The translations under genes were made by a program, and so were the position numbers. From Candidatus Onthoplasma sp. (GTDB lineage: Bacteria > Bacillota > Clostridia > Christensenellales > UBA1242), in the NCBI GenBank assembly GCA_045126575.1, contig JBGVOQ010000017.1, positions 26,555-90,554 of the forward strand: DNA of 64,000 bases, in the 5' to 3' direction. Shown piece after piece: positions 38,024-47,695 of this stretch. The notes below the pieces were generated by a model. It saw nothing but the letters and a program-made list of their open reading frames with translations, did no database searches and was not told the DNA's origin. Position 1 is the first letter of the stretch; every line of letters starts with the position of its first letter.

Positions 38024-39478
38024 TTAAAACGCACCATCAAAGTCGTCATTTGCTACTGGTATTAATTCTTCGGTATCGTTTGATACATTGTGCACTGGTG
38101 CTTCGCTTAGGCGGTTAGCTTTAGGTTCCTCAAAACGTGTGTACTTACCATACCATTTAAGTAGGATTGAACCCAACGAACCGTTACGGTGTTTTGCAAT
38201 AATAAGTTTGCAAAGTTCGCCATCATCAATATTGGTGTCTGCCATTTCAACATCTTCATCAGGTTCTTGATTAGGGTCATTAGCACGGTCAATAAACATA
38301 ACGATATCGGCATCTTGCTCGATTGCGCCCGATTCACGCAAGTCGCTAAGTTGAGGCTTGTGGTCGGTACGTTTTTCGATATCACGCGATAACTGTGATA
38401 ACACAATAATGGGACATTCAAGTTCACGTGCAGCAATCTTTAGGCTACGAGTAAGGTCAGCCACTTCTTGTTGACGGTTGCCACTATCACGCTTGCCAGT
38501 ATTGTCACCTTTCATAAGTTGCAAGTAGTCAATCATTACAAGGTCAAGCCCTTTTTCAGCCTTAAGTCTGCGACACTTTGATAAAATTTGTGTAGGAGTT
38601 GTAAGTGATGAGTCGTCAACATATAGTTGAGCATTATTTAACTCATCTTTGGTTTGCATAACACTTTCCCACACACGTGAGTCGGTTGTTCCGCTAGTAG
38701 CATATTCCATACTAATATTACCCACGCTACACATTGTTCTTTGCGCAATTTGGCTAATAGGCATTTCTAGCGAGAATATTGCAACAGTTGCCCCACCATA
38801 AAGCGCCGCATTGCTACAAATATTAAGCGCAAGTGATGTTTTACCAATACCTGGACGGGCTGCTAGCAATATCAAATCGCCCTTATGGAATCCCTTAGTG
38901 TAATTATCAAGTGTAGGAAATCCAGTTTTGATACCACGGAATGCGTTTTTATCAATCGACAATTTTTCCATACGGTCAATAACTTGGTTTACACCATCAC
39001 TGATTTGCACAAGTTCGCTAATGTCTTTTTCCTTAGACAAATCGAAGATTTGTTTTTCCATATATTGCAATGCTTGCTTTGAATTAGTGTTGTCAAAACA
39101 AAAATTAATTCCATCTTGACACAACTCAATCAATCTACGCATTGTAGCATCATTTTGCACAATTTCCATATAATTTTTGTAGTTTGATGCACTAGGCACA
39201 GCATTGGTCAAATCTGCCACATATTCGATACCACCAACATCATCAAGTTCACCTTTTGCGTCCAAAGTTTTAGCAACGGTCACATAGTCAACACCCTTGT
39301 TGCCAACGTAGTTTTCGTACATTGCTTTAAAAATCTTTTGATGTCCTGTAGAATAAAAGTCGGTTGCTTGCATCTTGGCAAAACACTCACTTTGAGCATT
39401 TTGATTTAAAAACAAACAGCCCAGCAAACTTTGCTCAACCTCTAAATTGTGTGGTAAAATTCTTGGTGCTTTTTCCAT
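38024..39478 (-). CDS. dnaB: Replicative DNA helicase (DnaB family; DnaC in Bacillus nomenclature)
   Basis: N-terminal PHNLEVEQSLLG, Walker A ARPGIGKTS, Walker B MIDYLQLM, SQLSRDIEKR. Start at ATG 39478 after AGGAGG. Acidic insertion and C-terminal extension. Confidence 0.93.
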   Translation of the reverse strand: MEKAPRILPHNLEVEQSLLGCLFLNQNAQSECFAKMQATDFYSTGHQKIFKAMYENYVGNKGVDYVTVAKTLDAKGELDDVGGIEYVADLTNAVPSASNYKNYMEIVQNDATMRRLIELCQDGINFCFDNTNSKQALQYMEKQIFDLSKEKDISELVQISDGVNQVIDRMEKLSIDKNAFRGIKTGFPTLDNYTKGFHKGDLILLAARPGIGKTSLALNICSNAALYGGATVAIFSLEMPISQIAQRTMCSVGNISMEYATSGTTDSRVWESVMQTKDELNNAQLYVDDSSLTTPTQILSKCRRLKAEKGLDLVMIDYLQLMKGDNTGKRDSGNRQQEVADLTRSLKIAARELECPIIVLSQLSRDIEKRTDHKPQLSDLRESGAIEQDADIVMFIDRANDPNQEPDEDVEMADTNIDDGELCKLIIAKHRNGSLGSILLKWYGKYTRFEEPKANRLSEAPVHNVSNDTEELIPVANDDFDGAF

Positions 39479-39573
39479 AACTTTCCTCCTATAATACTTT
39501 CCTAAATGTGCATTAGCACTCTGCATAAGGCGTTAGCCAACTTCATTCTTTGACAAGCGTAGCGCCTTCATAT

Positions 39574-39837
39574 CTATTTAAATACATCTTCATCTTTGTG
39601 TAACACTTTGTTCATAAGTTGCTTCTTTGCGGCAACTTTTAGGTGTATATACTCCTCAATTGCTACCACTACTAACATAAATAGTGTAAATATTGCAACA
39701 CGTGCTACACTATTTATATTTTGCAACCAAAATCCTATCAAAACCATAATAGGCAAACAGCATAATATACAAATACCCACACGTTTAACAATCCCGTTTG
39801 ATATATTTGATACGTTATTTTTTTGAGTTCTATTCAT
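39574..39837 (-). CDS. Small membrane protein (two TM helices), hypothetical
   Basis: Hydrophobic core. Its ATG overlaps the typA stop (TAATG). Confidence 0.5.
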   Translation of the reverse strand: MNRTQKNNVSNISNGIVKRVGICILCCLPIMVLIGFWLQNINSVARVAIFTLFMLVVVAIEEYIHLKVAAKKQLMNKVLHKDEDVFK

Positions 39838-41657
39838 TAATCCACCACCGTTGGCTTATGGCTTTTTGCACGTAATTGGTGGTCAAGTATAGCTTTACGG
39901 ATACGAATACTCTTAGGTGTAACTTCCACATATTCATCATCTGCAATAAATTCGATAGCCATTTCCAAACTCATATCTTGGATAGGTGTCAAACGCAATG
40001 CTTCGTCACTAGCAGATGTACGCATATTGGTAAGTTGCTTTTTCTTACATACGTTAACCACAATATCATCACCCTTAGGGTTAGCACCTACTACCATACC
40101 CATATACACAGGGTCACCGGCACGCACTAGCAATCTTCCACGACCTTGAGCGTTAAATAATCCATAAGTGATTGCATCACCTGTTTCGTATGCGATAAGT
40201 GAGCCAAATGTACGGCTAGAAATATCTCCCTTGTATGGTTGATATTCGTGGAACACAGAACTCATAATACCTTCACCACGAGTATCGGTAAGCATTTGTG
40301 ATTTGTATCCAAACAATCCACGAGAAGGAATTAAGAATTCCAATCTCATACGGCTACCAATTGGGTGCATACTTACTAGTTCACCTTTACGGTTACCCAT
40401 AGCAGTCATAATATTACCAACACTATCTTCTGGTACGTCAAGTATAACCTTATCGATAGGTTCACACTTTACACCATCAATAGTACGATATAATACACGT
40501 GGACGGCTTACTTGGAATTCGTATCCATCACGGCGCATATTTTCAATCAAAATACTTAAATGCATTTCACCACGGCCACTAACCTTAAAACTTTCGGCCG
40601 TTTCGCCATCACGCACCTTTAATGACAAGTCCTTCATTGCTTCCTTATACAATCTATCACGAATATGACGACTAGTTACAAATTTGCCTTCCTTGCCTGC
40701 AAATGGGCTATCGTTAACCATAAATGTCATTTCTACGCTAGGTTCGCTAATCTTTACAAAAGGAATTGCTTGCATTTCGGCACTTTCGCTAATAGTATCA
40801 CCAATAGTTATATCAGGGATACCTGCGATAAGCACAACATCACCTGCTCCGCCTTCAGCAATTGCGTTACGCTTTAAGCCCTCAAAGTTAAAGATGTTTA
40901 CAACCTTACCAGTATAAGATTTGCTTTCGTCAAAATAATTCTTTACATAAACTGTTTGATTGGCCTTAACCTTGCCATTTTCGATTTTACCAACAGCAAG
41001 TTTGCCTAGGTAATCGCTGTGCTCAACTGATGAAACAAGCATTTGGAAAGGTTTTTCATCTTCGCCCTTAGGTGGGTCAATATGTTCGATAATTGCATCA
41101 AACAATGGGTCCATATTAACAGCCTCTACGTTAGGGTCCTTTGTACAAACACCATTACGTGCTGAACAGTATAGCACTGGACTATCAAGTTGCTCATCAT
41201 TAGCATTAAGGTCAAACAACAATTCCAATACTTCATCAGGAACTTCGTTAAGACGAGCATCTGGACGGTCAATCTTGTTGATAACAATAATAACCTTTAA
41301 GTTTAACTCAAGCGCCTTTTCAAGTACAAAACGAGTTTGTGGCATTGGGCCTTCATATGCATCAACTACCAACAAAACACCGTCTACCATTTTAAGTACA
41401 CGTTCTACCTCTCCACCAAAGTCTGCGTGGCCTGGTGTGTCAACGATATTAATTTTAGTATCCTTGTACATTGCCGAACAGTTCTTGGAAAGAATAGTAA
41501 TACCACGCTCACGTTCCAAAGCGTTGCTATCCATAACACGGTCCTGAACTTCTTGATTTTCTCTAAACACACCACCTTGAACTAGCAAAGCATTAACCAA
41601 AGATGTTTTACCATGGTCAACGTGGGCAATAATTGCAATATTTCTAATGTTTTTCAT
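39837..41657 (-). CDS. typA: Translational GTPase TypA/BipA
   Basis: IAIIAHVDHGKTSL (G1), DTPGHADFGGEV (G3), NKID (G4). Start at ATG 41657 after GAGGAAA. The ORF-track 69-aa extension overlaps the upstream gene region. Confidence 0.93.
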   Translation of the reverse strand: MKNIRNIAIIAHVDHGKTSLVNALLVQGGVFRENQEVQDRVMDSNALERERGITILSKNCSAMYKDTKINIVDTPGHADFGGEVERVLKMVDGVLLVVDAYEGPMPQTRFVLEKALELNLKVIIVINKIDRPDARLNEVPDEVLELLFDLNANDEQLDSPVLYCSARNGVCTKDPNVEAVNMDPLFDAIIEHIDPPKGEDEKPFQMLVSSVEHSDYLGKLAVGKIENGKVKANQTVYVKNYFDESKSYTGKVVNIFNFEGLKRNAIAEGGAGDVVLIAGIPDITIGDTISESAEMQAIPFVKISEPSVEMTFMVNDSPFAGKEGKFVTSRHIRDRLYKEAMKDLSLKVRDGETAESFKVSGRGEMHLSILIENMRRDGYEFQVSRPRVLYRTIDGVKCEPIDKVILDVPEDSVGNIMTAMGNRKGELVSMHPIGSRMRLEFLIPSRGLFGYKSQMLTDTRGEGIMSSVFHEYQPYKGDISSRTFGSLIAYETGDAITYGLFNAQGRGRLLVRAGDPVYMGMVVGANPKGDDIVVNVCKKKQLTNMRTSASDEALRLTPIQDMSLEMAIEFIADDEYVEVTPKSIRIRKAILDHQLRAKSHKPTVVD

Positions 41658-41814
41658 AATTTTCCTCACATAATATAATATATAGCATATATAGTTTAAC
41701 ATATATTGCTGAAAAATGATAGGGGTTTTACTAAAGTTTTTTATTTTTTTACAAAAATCTTTATTAAAAATAAAGAACTTCCCGTTAGAATTGGAAGCTC
41801 TTATGCTTTTATTG

Positions 41815-42552
41815 TTAAAATATGTTGGAATATCCTGTTTGAATAAATTTTTTAACGCTATCATCTGCTTCTTTTGTTTGTTGCTCGGTTTGGTTTGTTC
41901 CTCTACTTTTTAACAAGCCTTTGACTTTTGACAACAGTTTTAAATACTTATTAGCCTCTTTTAAAGAACTATCACTATAACTATCTAATTGATTTAATTC
42001 ATTACGTTTAAGTTCCAAATCCATTCCACGAGAAATCATACCCCTTCTAATAACTGCAGTTAAATAATTTAACATACGGGTAGACAACTCTTCTATTATA
42101 ATATAATTTTCTTGATTAAGCGCCCTTTTGATAATCTCCTTAGAACTCTTCTCCAACAAATATATACACGCGTTATTGGTCTTGCCTATGGTATTTATGC
42201 GGCTTTGCTTTGCGGTTTGGCCTTCGTCAGCAACTACTTCATTAAGTTTTTCCACTACCGACACCTTAAAAATTCTCATAATACAATTAGCAACTTGCTG
42301 AATCTCTGTATTATCCAGTTCTCGAATTGCAATGCCTAACTTAATATTTAAATCTCTAATCTTTTTAGCTCTAAAAGCGCCAACTACGGTATTTTGTACT
42401 ATATCCTTTTCCTTGCTTTTAATAATTTGAACAATGCTGTCGCCTAATGGAAAATCGACTCCATCATTCAAGTTATAATCCCTCAGCCCGTACAAAATAG
42501 TTGCCTTGTTTATTAACCCCCTAGCCTTTTTAAATGCTTGTTTTCTATCCAT
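41815..42552 (-). CDS. Hypothetical 245-aa protein
   Basis: Open frame with AAGGA RBS and its own consensus promoter. No motif recognised. Confidence 0.55.
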   Translation of the reverse strand: MDRKQAFKKARGLINKATILYGLRDYNLNDGVDFPLGDSIVQIIKSKEKDIVQNTVVGAFRAKKIRDLNIKLGIAIRELDNTEIQQVANCIMRIFKVSVVEKLNEVVADEGQTAKQSRINTIGKTNNACIYLLEKSSKEIIKRALNQENYIIIEELSTRMLNYLTAVIRRGMISRGMDLELKRNELNQLDSYSDSSLKEANKYLKLLSKVKGLLKSRGTNQTEQQTKEADDSVKKFIQTGYSNIF

Positions 42553-42586
42553 AACCGCAATTTAATCCTTATACTAAACTTGACTA

Positions 42587-42615
42587 ATTATAACAGCAGT
42601 TAAGCCGGTTGTCAA
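42587..42615 (-). promoter_or_regulatory. Sigma-A type promoter of the 245-aa gene
   Basis: Minus strand TTGACA (42615-42610), 17 nt, TATAAT (42592-42587). Confidence 0.6.
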
Positions 42616-42865
42616 TACGCATATTGGCATTTTTTACCGCCACTTATTCACCTGTATATGCCGCATATTTGGTCAGTTTTGTGATTAATTGATAGATTAT
42701 AGGGTATACTTGATATTATAAAAGTGGCTAATACGGCTTAAAAAGTGCTATAAATAAGCAAAAACTTTGAATTTTGTATAAAATTTAGTTGACTTTTATA
42801 AAAATTATTTGATAAAATTTTAATAGTTATAGCAAAGGCTATTACAAGAAAAGGAGAAATTGTTT

Positions 42866-43147
42866 ATGAAAACTATGAACGCAGGCGATTTTTACAGAGC
42901 AGTTGCTGAAGAAACTGGTGTTTCAATTGCTCAAACTAAGGCTATCTTTACCGCAGGTTTAGAAGTTCTTAAGGACGCTTTAAAGAAGGGTGACAAAGTT
43001 CAATTTATCGGCTTTGGTACTTTTGACGTAAAGAAAAAAGCTGGTGGCACAAAAGTTAATCCTTTCACTAAGAAGAAGATTACTGTTAAGGCTTGTAAGG
43101 TTCCTACCTTCAAGATGAGTGCAACATTAAAGAGCTTGTTAAAGTAA
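42866..43147 (+). CDS. hup: HU-family DNA-binding protein (divergent arm region)
   Basis: KGDKVQFIGFGTFDVKKK...KVPTFKMS pattern. AAGGAG RBS. Promoter TTGACT-18-TAAAAT at 42789-42818. Terminator at 43171-43203. Confidence 0.8.
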   Translation: MKTMNAGDFYRAVAEETGVSIAQTKAIFTAGLEVLKDALKKGDKVQFIGFGTFDVKKKAGGTKVNPFTKKKITVKACKVPTFKMSATLKSLLK

Positions 43148-43269
43148 TTTATCAATTACAACAAATCTCAAAAAAAAGAGCAACATCAGTTGTTCTTTTT
43201 TCTTTGCATAAATTTAAATGTTAAAATGCTTTTTAGCGCCTTGAGTAAATCCTGCTAGTTATTGTGAAT

Positions 43270-43938
43270 TTACTCAACTTCTATTTGATTATCGTTAGAG
43301 TTTTGAACAGCTTCCACATCAACAATATTGCCTGTTTTTGCTTGATAAGCCACATAAGCATCTTCAAAGAACGCAACGTGGCTAGCACTAATATAAGGTA
43401 ATAGGAATAGCAAACCAATACCTAGTGTAAGTATTGAAAGAAGTGCCCAACCGATAAAACTAATTTCAAGGCAGAATAATTTCCACTTTTTACCGTCCAT
43501 AATCTTTTGTGACAAATCGATAGCCTCACCAGCTTTCATTTCAGGGTTCTTAGATTTTAGGAATAAGGTCATTGAATATGCATATGTTTTAATAATTCCA
43601 GGGATTATAAATAACAACATCCATAGGAATGTGTAAATTGATTGTAGTATATATGCACCCACATTGCCTAAAAAATCCTTACCAAAATTGGTAAATGCGG
43701 TGCCTACTGTTGGATTTTCCTTTTTGTTTAACGCAATGAAATAACGAAATTCTGCAACAATTAATGGACCAGATATTACTATTGATACCACACTTCCTAC
43801 TAATGGGATAATACTGGCCAAACCCGCCAAGAACGAAATACCAAATATTATTAAGCCCACCAATATTGCAGTGCCCCAATTATTTTGTAAGTTACCTCTT
43901 GCAACCCCTCTGTAATACGCCGAATTTTTTTCTATCAT
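43270..43938 (-). CDS. DUF975 family membrane protein
   Basis: ARGNLQNNWGTAILVGLI N-terminal signature and several TM helices. Start at ATG 43938 after AGGAGG. Confidence 0.7.
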   Translation of the reverse strand: MIEKNSAYYRGVARGNLQNNWGTAILVGLIIFGISFLAGLASIIPLVGSVVSIVISGPLIVAEFRYFIALNKKENPTVGTAFTNFGKDFLGNVGAYILQSIYTFLWMLLFIIPGIIKTYAYSMTLFLKSKNPEMKAGEAIDLSQKIMDGKKWKLFCLEISFIGWALLSILTLGIGLLFLLPYISASHVAFFEDAYVAYQAKTGNIVDVEAVQNSNDNQIEVE

Positions 43939-44004
43939 AAATCCTCCTTTGTTATTCAATATATTATACTAAAATTAACAAAATGTAAATACTTTTACAT
44001 AACT

Positions 44005-44952
44005 TTAAAACTTTTTATCGTACCATAATATCGTTTTGCCTATATATGTAGTAAATTTACACTTTGGCTGCCAGCCAAGTTCGTTAAATATCTTGCTAGC
44101 GTCAATGCAGTATCTTTGGTCCTGACCCAACCTATCAGGTACAAATTTAATAAGCGATTTAGGCTTTTTCAACTTTTTTAAAACAAGATTAATTATTTCA
44201 AGATTTGTTTTTTCGCAATTTGCACCAATATTGTATATCTGCCCTGCCTTGCCTTGCCTTACAATCAAATCAATTGCCTCGCAACAATCTTCGACATACA
44301 CCCAATCCCTTATTGCCCGCCCATTACCATGCACGGTTAAATCCTTGTTTTGTTTTGCATTTTTTACCATAAGCGGAATTAGTTTTTCGGGATATTGATT
44401 TGGCCCATAATTGTTAGTGCTTCTAGAAATTGTTACTGGCAAACCATATGTTTTGTGGTAAGCCATTGTTAACATATCTGCCGCCGCCTTTGAGGCGCTG
44501 TATGGCGTTGTTGGGTTAAGTGGCGACTTTTCAGTAAAAGGTTTTTGTTTAGGAGTCAGACTACCATATACTTCGTCGGTTGATACTTGATGAAATCTTT
44601 TTATTCCATACTTTTTGCATGCATCTAGCAAAACTTGTACACCATTGACGTTGGTTTTAGTAAAAATATCCGGCTTTACTATGGATTTTCCAACATGTGA
44701 TTCGGCTGCAAAGTTTATCACAACATCAAGCCCTTCACGTTTAAATAATTTGTCAACTAGTTTAACATTGCATATATTGCCCTTTATGAATTTAAAGTTT
44801 GGTTTATCCACAATATCAACAAGGTTATCCATACTACCTGCATAAGTCAAAGCGTCTAAGCATATAAAGTTATCTTGCGGATACCTATCTACCACCATTT
44901 TACAAAAATTACTACCTATAAACCCCGCTCCACCTGTAATTAATATTTTCAT
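44005..44952 (-). CDS. rfbB: dTDP-glucose 4,6-dehydratase (RmlB-type SDR)
   Basis: GGAGFIGSNF, LDALTYAGSMDNL, FAAESHVGKS, STDEVYG, YSASKAAAD. No rmlA/C/D partners are in the window. Confidence 0.85.
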   Translation of the reverse strand: MKILITGGAGFIGSNFCKMVVDRYPQDNFICLDALTYAGSMDNLVDIVDKPNFKFIKGNICNVKLVDKLFKREGLDVVINFAAESHVGKSIVKPDIFTKTNVNGVQVLLDACKKYGIKRFHQVSTDEVYGSLTPKQKPFTEKSPLNPTTPYSASKAAADMLTMAYHKTYGLPVTISRSTNNYGPNQYPEKLIPLMVKNAKQNKDLTVHGNGRAIRDWVYVEDCCEAIDLIVRQGKAGQIYNIGANCEKTNLEIINLVLKKLKKPKSLIKFVPDRLGQDQRYCIDASKIFNELGWQPKCKFTTYIGKTILWYDKKF

Positions 44953-44990
44953 TAGATTATCTCCATTATTTAATTATCAAATCTATTATA

Positions 44991-46061
44991 TTAGTTTTTA
45001 GTCAATTCTTCCAAATCGCCCTGTTCGTATCCGCCATATACAAACAACTCATCAAAAACAGTTTTTAGATCACCTATAAGTTTTTGGATATATTCGTCAT
45101 TGTCCTTATTCCTTTTTATGTATTCTACAAGCCACTTGTTTTCACGTATAATTTTTAGCATTGTGACAATCTTGCTAAGCGGCTCCGTTTCAATATCAGC
45201 CCTATCATGGTGACTTACCGTAGGTTCGATTTTTTTGCCAAACACTATATTAACGTCGTACCCACCATGCGCCATCGAATTTCGTATATGCGCAATTTTA
45301 GCAAACACATTAGAATCTCGGTTAAACAATTTGTAGTAATCATTTTGCTCGTATGTCATTTGACTTACAAGCAATGCATAGTAGTTGATTAGCGCCCTGT
45401 TTTCTGGGTTTTTAAACCTTTCGTAGTGCTTTAACTTTGGGTTAAGGTAATTTTCTGCAAACCTAAGCATATCCGCCGCCAGCAAGAAATCCTTTACCTG
45501 CTCGCCGTGGCTACTTTTTACCTTATATGAAAATTGCTCAGTTGTAAGAAATGTGTACGGCATTGCCTTACGTTTAAGTTGTTGGCGGTTTATATCAAAC
45601 AATGCTTCCTTGGATATTATAATTGGCTCATCTACTATAAATTCTTTACGTTGTGGCTTTAATACAAAATTTAAACGCTTGGAATACACATCATAGTCAA
45701 TTTCAAAATTGCCATGCGCAAAACTATTGCGTATATCCTTTATTATTAAGTTGTGTGCCATGGTTGACGCTTGCTCATCTGTAAAATTTGCGTATTTAGG
45801 GTTTGATTTAATCATTTCCTTAAGCGCTTGCTCTCTATCGCTGGCTTCATACTCGATATCTGCAGTTCTATTTTCATGAACCATTGTTAACAATGTTGCC
45901 GCATACAAACAAAGTGCTCCAGCATCCATAGCCCACTCACGACAGTCTGCATCTAAATCCTTAAACATAACTTCGTTTTCCGATGTTGGAAAATGGTCAA
46001 TCATTACCCTTGCGCTCGCAAATGGCGAAATCCTAGCCGGCCGCATTATTCTAATATCCAT
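44991..46061 (-). CDS. Hypothetical 356-aa protein with two Rx4H (HEPN-type) motifs; predicted tandem-HEPN RNase
   Basis: DIRNSFAHGNF and HIRNSMAHGGY lie about 155 residues apart with similar downstream context. Start at ATG 46061 after GGAGG. The TTG at 46109 lies inside the -35 box of the gene's own promoter. Confidence 0.6.
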   Translation of the reverse strand: MDIRIMRPARISPFASARVMIDHFPTSENEVMFKDLDADCREWAMDAGALCLYAATLLTMVHENRTADIEYEASDREQALKEMIKSNPKYANFTDEQASTMAHNLIIKDIRNSFAHGNFEIDYDVYSKRLNFVLKPQRKEFIVDEPIIISKEALFDINRQQLKRKAMPYTFLTTEQFSYKVKSSHGEQVKDFLLAADMLRFAENYLNPKLKHYERFKNPENRALINYYALLVSQMTYEQNDYYKLFNRDSNVFAKIAHIRNSMAHGGYDVNIVFGKKIEPTVSHHDRADIETEPLSKIVTMLKIIRENKWLVEYIKRNKDNDEYIQKLIGDLKTVFDELFVYGGYEQGDLEELTKN

Positions 46062-46080
46062 ACAACCTCCACTACTTAAA

Positions 46081-46109
46081 ATTATATCACATACCTCTTC
46101 CAATTTCAA
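46081..46109 (-). promoter_or_regulatory. Sigma-A type promoter of the tandem-HEPN gene
   Basis: Minus strand TTGAAA (46109-46104), 17 nt ending in TG, TATAAT (46086-46081). Confidence 0.6.
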
Positions 46110-46120
46110 TATGTTTTAAT

Positions 46121-46156
46121 AAAAAAACACGTTTGACGTATAAGTCAAAAGTGTTT
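46121..46156 (-). terminator. Terminator after the second DUF378 gene
   Basis: Minus strand AAACACTTTTGAC-TTATAC-GTCAAACGTGTTT followed by a T-run. Confidence 0.65.
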
Positions 46157-46169
46157 ATATTATAAAATT

Positions 46170-46388
46170 TTATTTTTGTATATTTCTAACATATATTGCT
46201 TGCCTTGTTAATACAACAAAACTTAACCACATGGTTGCTAATAAAACTAGGATATAAATAATGATAGAACCGGCATTATATCCGCCAAAAATCCAATCCA
46301 CAAGATTGAAATTAAAGATTCCTACCAATCCCCAGTTTAATCCACCTACGAACAATACGATTAAACTTATAATATTTGCAATAATCAT
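46170..46388 (-). CDS. DUF378 family small membrane protein (72 aa; second paralog in the window)
   Basis: FVGGLNWGLVGIFNFNLV signature. AGGGAGGGG RBS before ATG 46388. The ORF-track N-terminal 67 aa is read-through of the repeat region. Confidence 0.75.
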   Translation of the reverse strand: MIIANIISLIVLFVGGLNWGLVGIFNFNLVDWIFGGYNAGSIIIYILVLLATMWLSFVVLTRQAIYVRNIQK

Positions 46389-46467
46389 AAACCCCTCCCT
46401 ACCATTATTGTTTTCAATTATCGCAAATTTATGCAAACTAAAGATATCCAGATGCTTAAATTCTGTT

Positions 46468-46523
46468 ATAAAAAACAACCCAATCAAAACACATGGTGTT
46501 CGGATTGGGTTGTGCTTGGCGGG
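46468..46523 (-). repeat. Left direct repeat of the tRNA-Ser islet (degenerate tRNA-Ser 3' tip plus post-tRNA hairpin)
   Basis: ATAAAAAACAACCCAATCAAAACACATGGTGTTCGGATTGGG..TTGGCGGG aligns with 49203-49258 at roughly 85 percent identity by eye. Confidence 0.7.
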
Positions 46524-46579
46524 AAGACCGTTATCCAATCCTAACACCAAAATATATATTGGTGCTAAGTGGATTAAAG

Positions 46580-47695
46580 TTATATCCAAATTTCATAATG
46601 GAAAGTCGAATCGGTAGTAGAATTTAAATACGCAATTGCTATAGCTAGACCCACGTTTGTTAGAGACATATTGGATAATATAGATTCATCCCACCATTTT
46701 GAGAATTCAAAAATTTTAGAATGATTATCTTGTATATTTTTTATAAAATCATCTTTTGAAACATTATCATTTATATATTTATTAAAAATAGATATATCTT
46801 CTTGTGTGATTTTATTTTTGATTTTATTAAATTGTCTTATGTCTATTAAAACCTTTTGATTGTTATCGTTTTTGAAATTAAATGAGATATTATATTTTTT
46901 CATGAGAATTTCAAGTTCTTCAGGAATATTAAATACAGATATGCCATTATTTATATGTTCATAATACTCAGAATACATAGAATCAATTAAATTAGAATTA
47001 ACTTTAATAGAAGATATTCTCGCACATTTTGTATATTCTAAATGCAAATAAACAGATTGTTTATATTCATTTTTTATTTCGGAGAACAAATCAATAAACT
47101 TTTCATATTTATTTAATAAGTCATCAAGATTTAAAGAATTTAAATGGACCTCTTTTAATATATACACTATACCTAACATTTTGAAATGGATTGGCAATAG
47201 TTTTGAAATGACTTCTGCCGACTCGTCTATTGATAATTCTAACATTGAGAGATTGTTTGTTTTTAATCTCATTGAAATTAATTCTGCCAATGTTTTGATT
47301 CCGTCGTTGTCATGAGTTTTAATTGCCGATGTTTGAATATTTTTTAAAAAGTAAATAAAATTTGGATCTCCTAGCAATTCATTAATCTTCTCTGATTGTA
47401 TCGTTTGCTCCTTTAAAACAATTCTTAGTTCGTCGGCTAAGAAATTGACTTTTTCCATTGCTTTGAGAGAAGCTTTTTCTATTATTAAAGATTCTCTTTC
47501 TGATAAGCATAAAGTACAAACTTTTATTAAATCATCAATATTAGGATTTTCAGTAATTTGAAAAATTTGATTAAATGTGTTTTCCATACATACTACTGTA
47601 TTCGTCTCATGATTTATATTATTACTATTTTCCGTTTTATTAATACTTTGGTCGTTATTATTACCCTTTATTTTTTGTTCATAACTATTATCCAT
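46580..47695 (-). CDS. Hypothetical 371-aa protein; from memory resembles the LPO_1073/Vpar_1526 family (unverified)
   Basis: Start taken at ATG 47695, which overlaps the stop of the upstream small ORF. N-rich N-terminus and helical body. C-terminal SLTNVGLAIAIAYLN....YEIWI tail. Confidence 0.6.
   Translation of the reverse strand: MDNSYEQKIKGNNNDQSINKTENSNNINHETNTVVCMENTFNQIFQITENPNIDDLIKVCTLCLSERESLIIEKASLKAMEKVNFLADELRIVLKEQTIQSEKINELLGDPNFIYFLKNIQTSAIKTHDNDGIKTLAELISMRLKTNNLSMLELSIDESAEVISKLLPIHFKMLGIVYILKEVHLNSLNLDDLLNKYEKFIDLFSEIKNEYKQSVYLHLEYTKCARISSIKVNSNLIDSMYSEYYEHINNGISVFNIPEELEILMKKYNISFNFKNDNNQKVLIDIRQFNKIKNKITQEDISIFNKYINDNVSKDDFIKNIQDNHSKIFEFSKWWDESILSNMSLTNVGLAIAIAYLNSTTDSTFHYEIWI

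Noticed and set aside
42610-42650. Plus-strand terminator-like hairpin TGTCAATA-CGCA-TATTGGCA plus T-run as evidence for a small RNA
   Set aside because: It overlaps the -35 box of the consensus minus-strand promoter of the 245-aa gene. No plus-strand promoter or gene precedes it, so it is probably coincidental.
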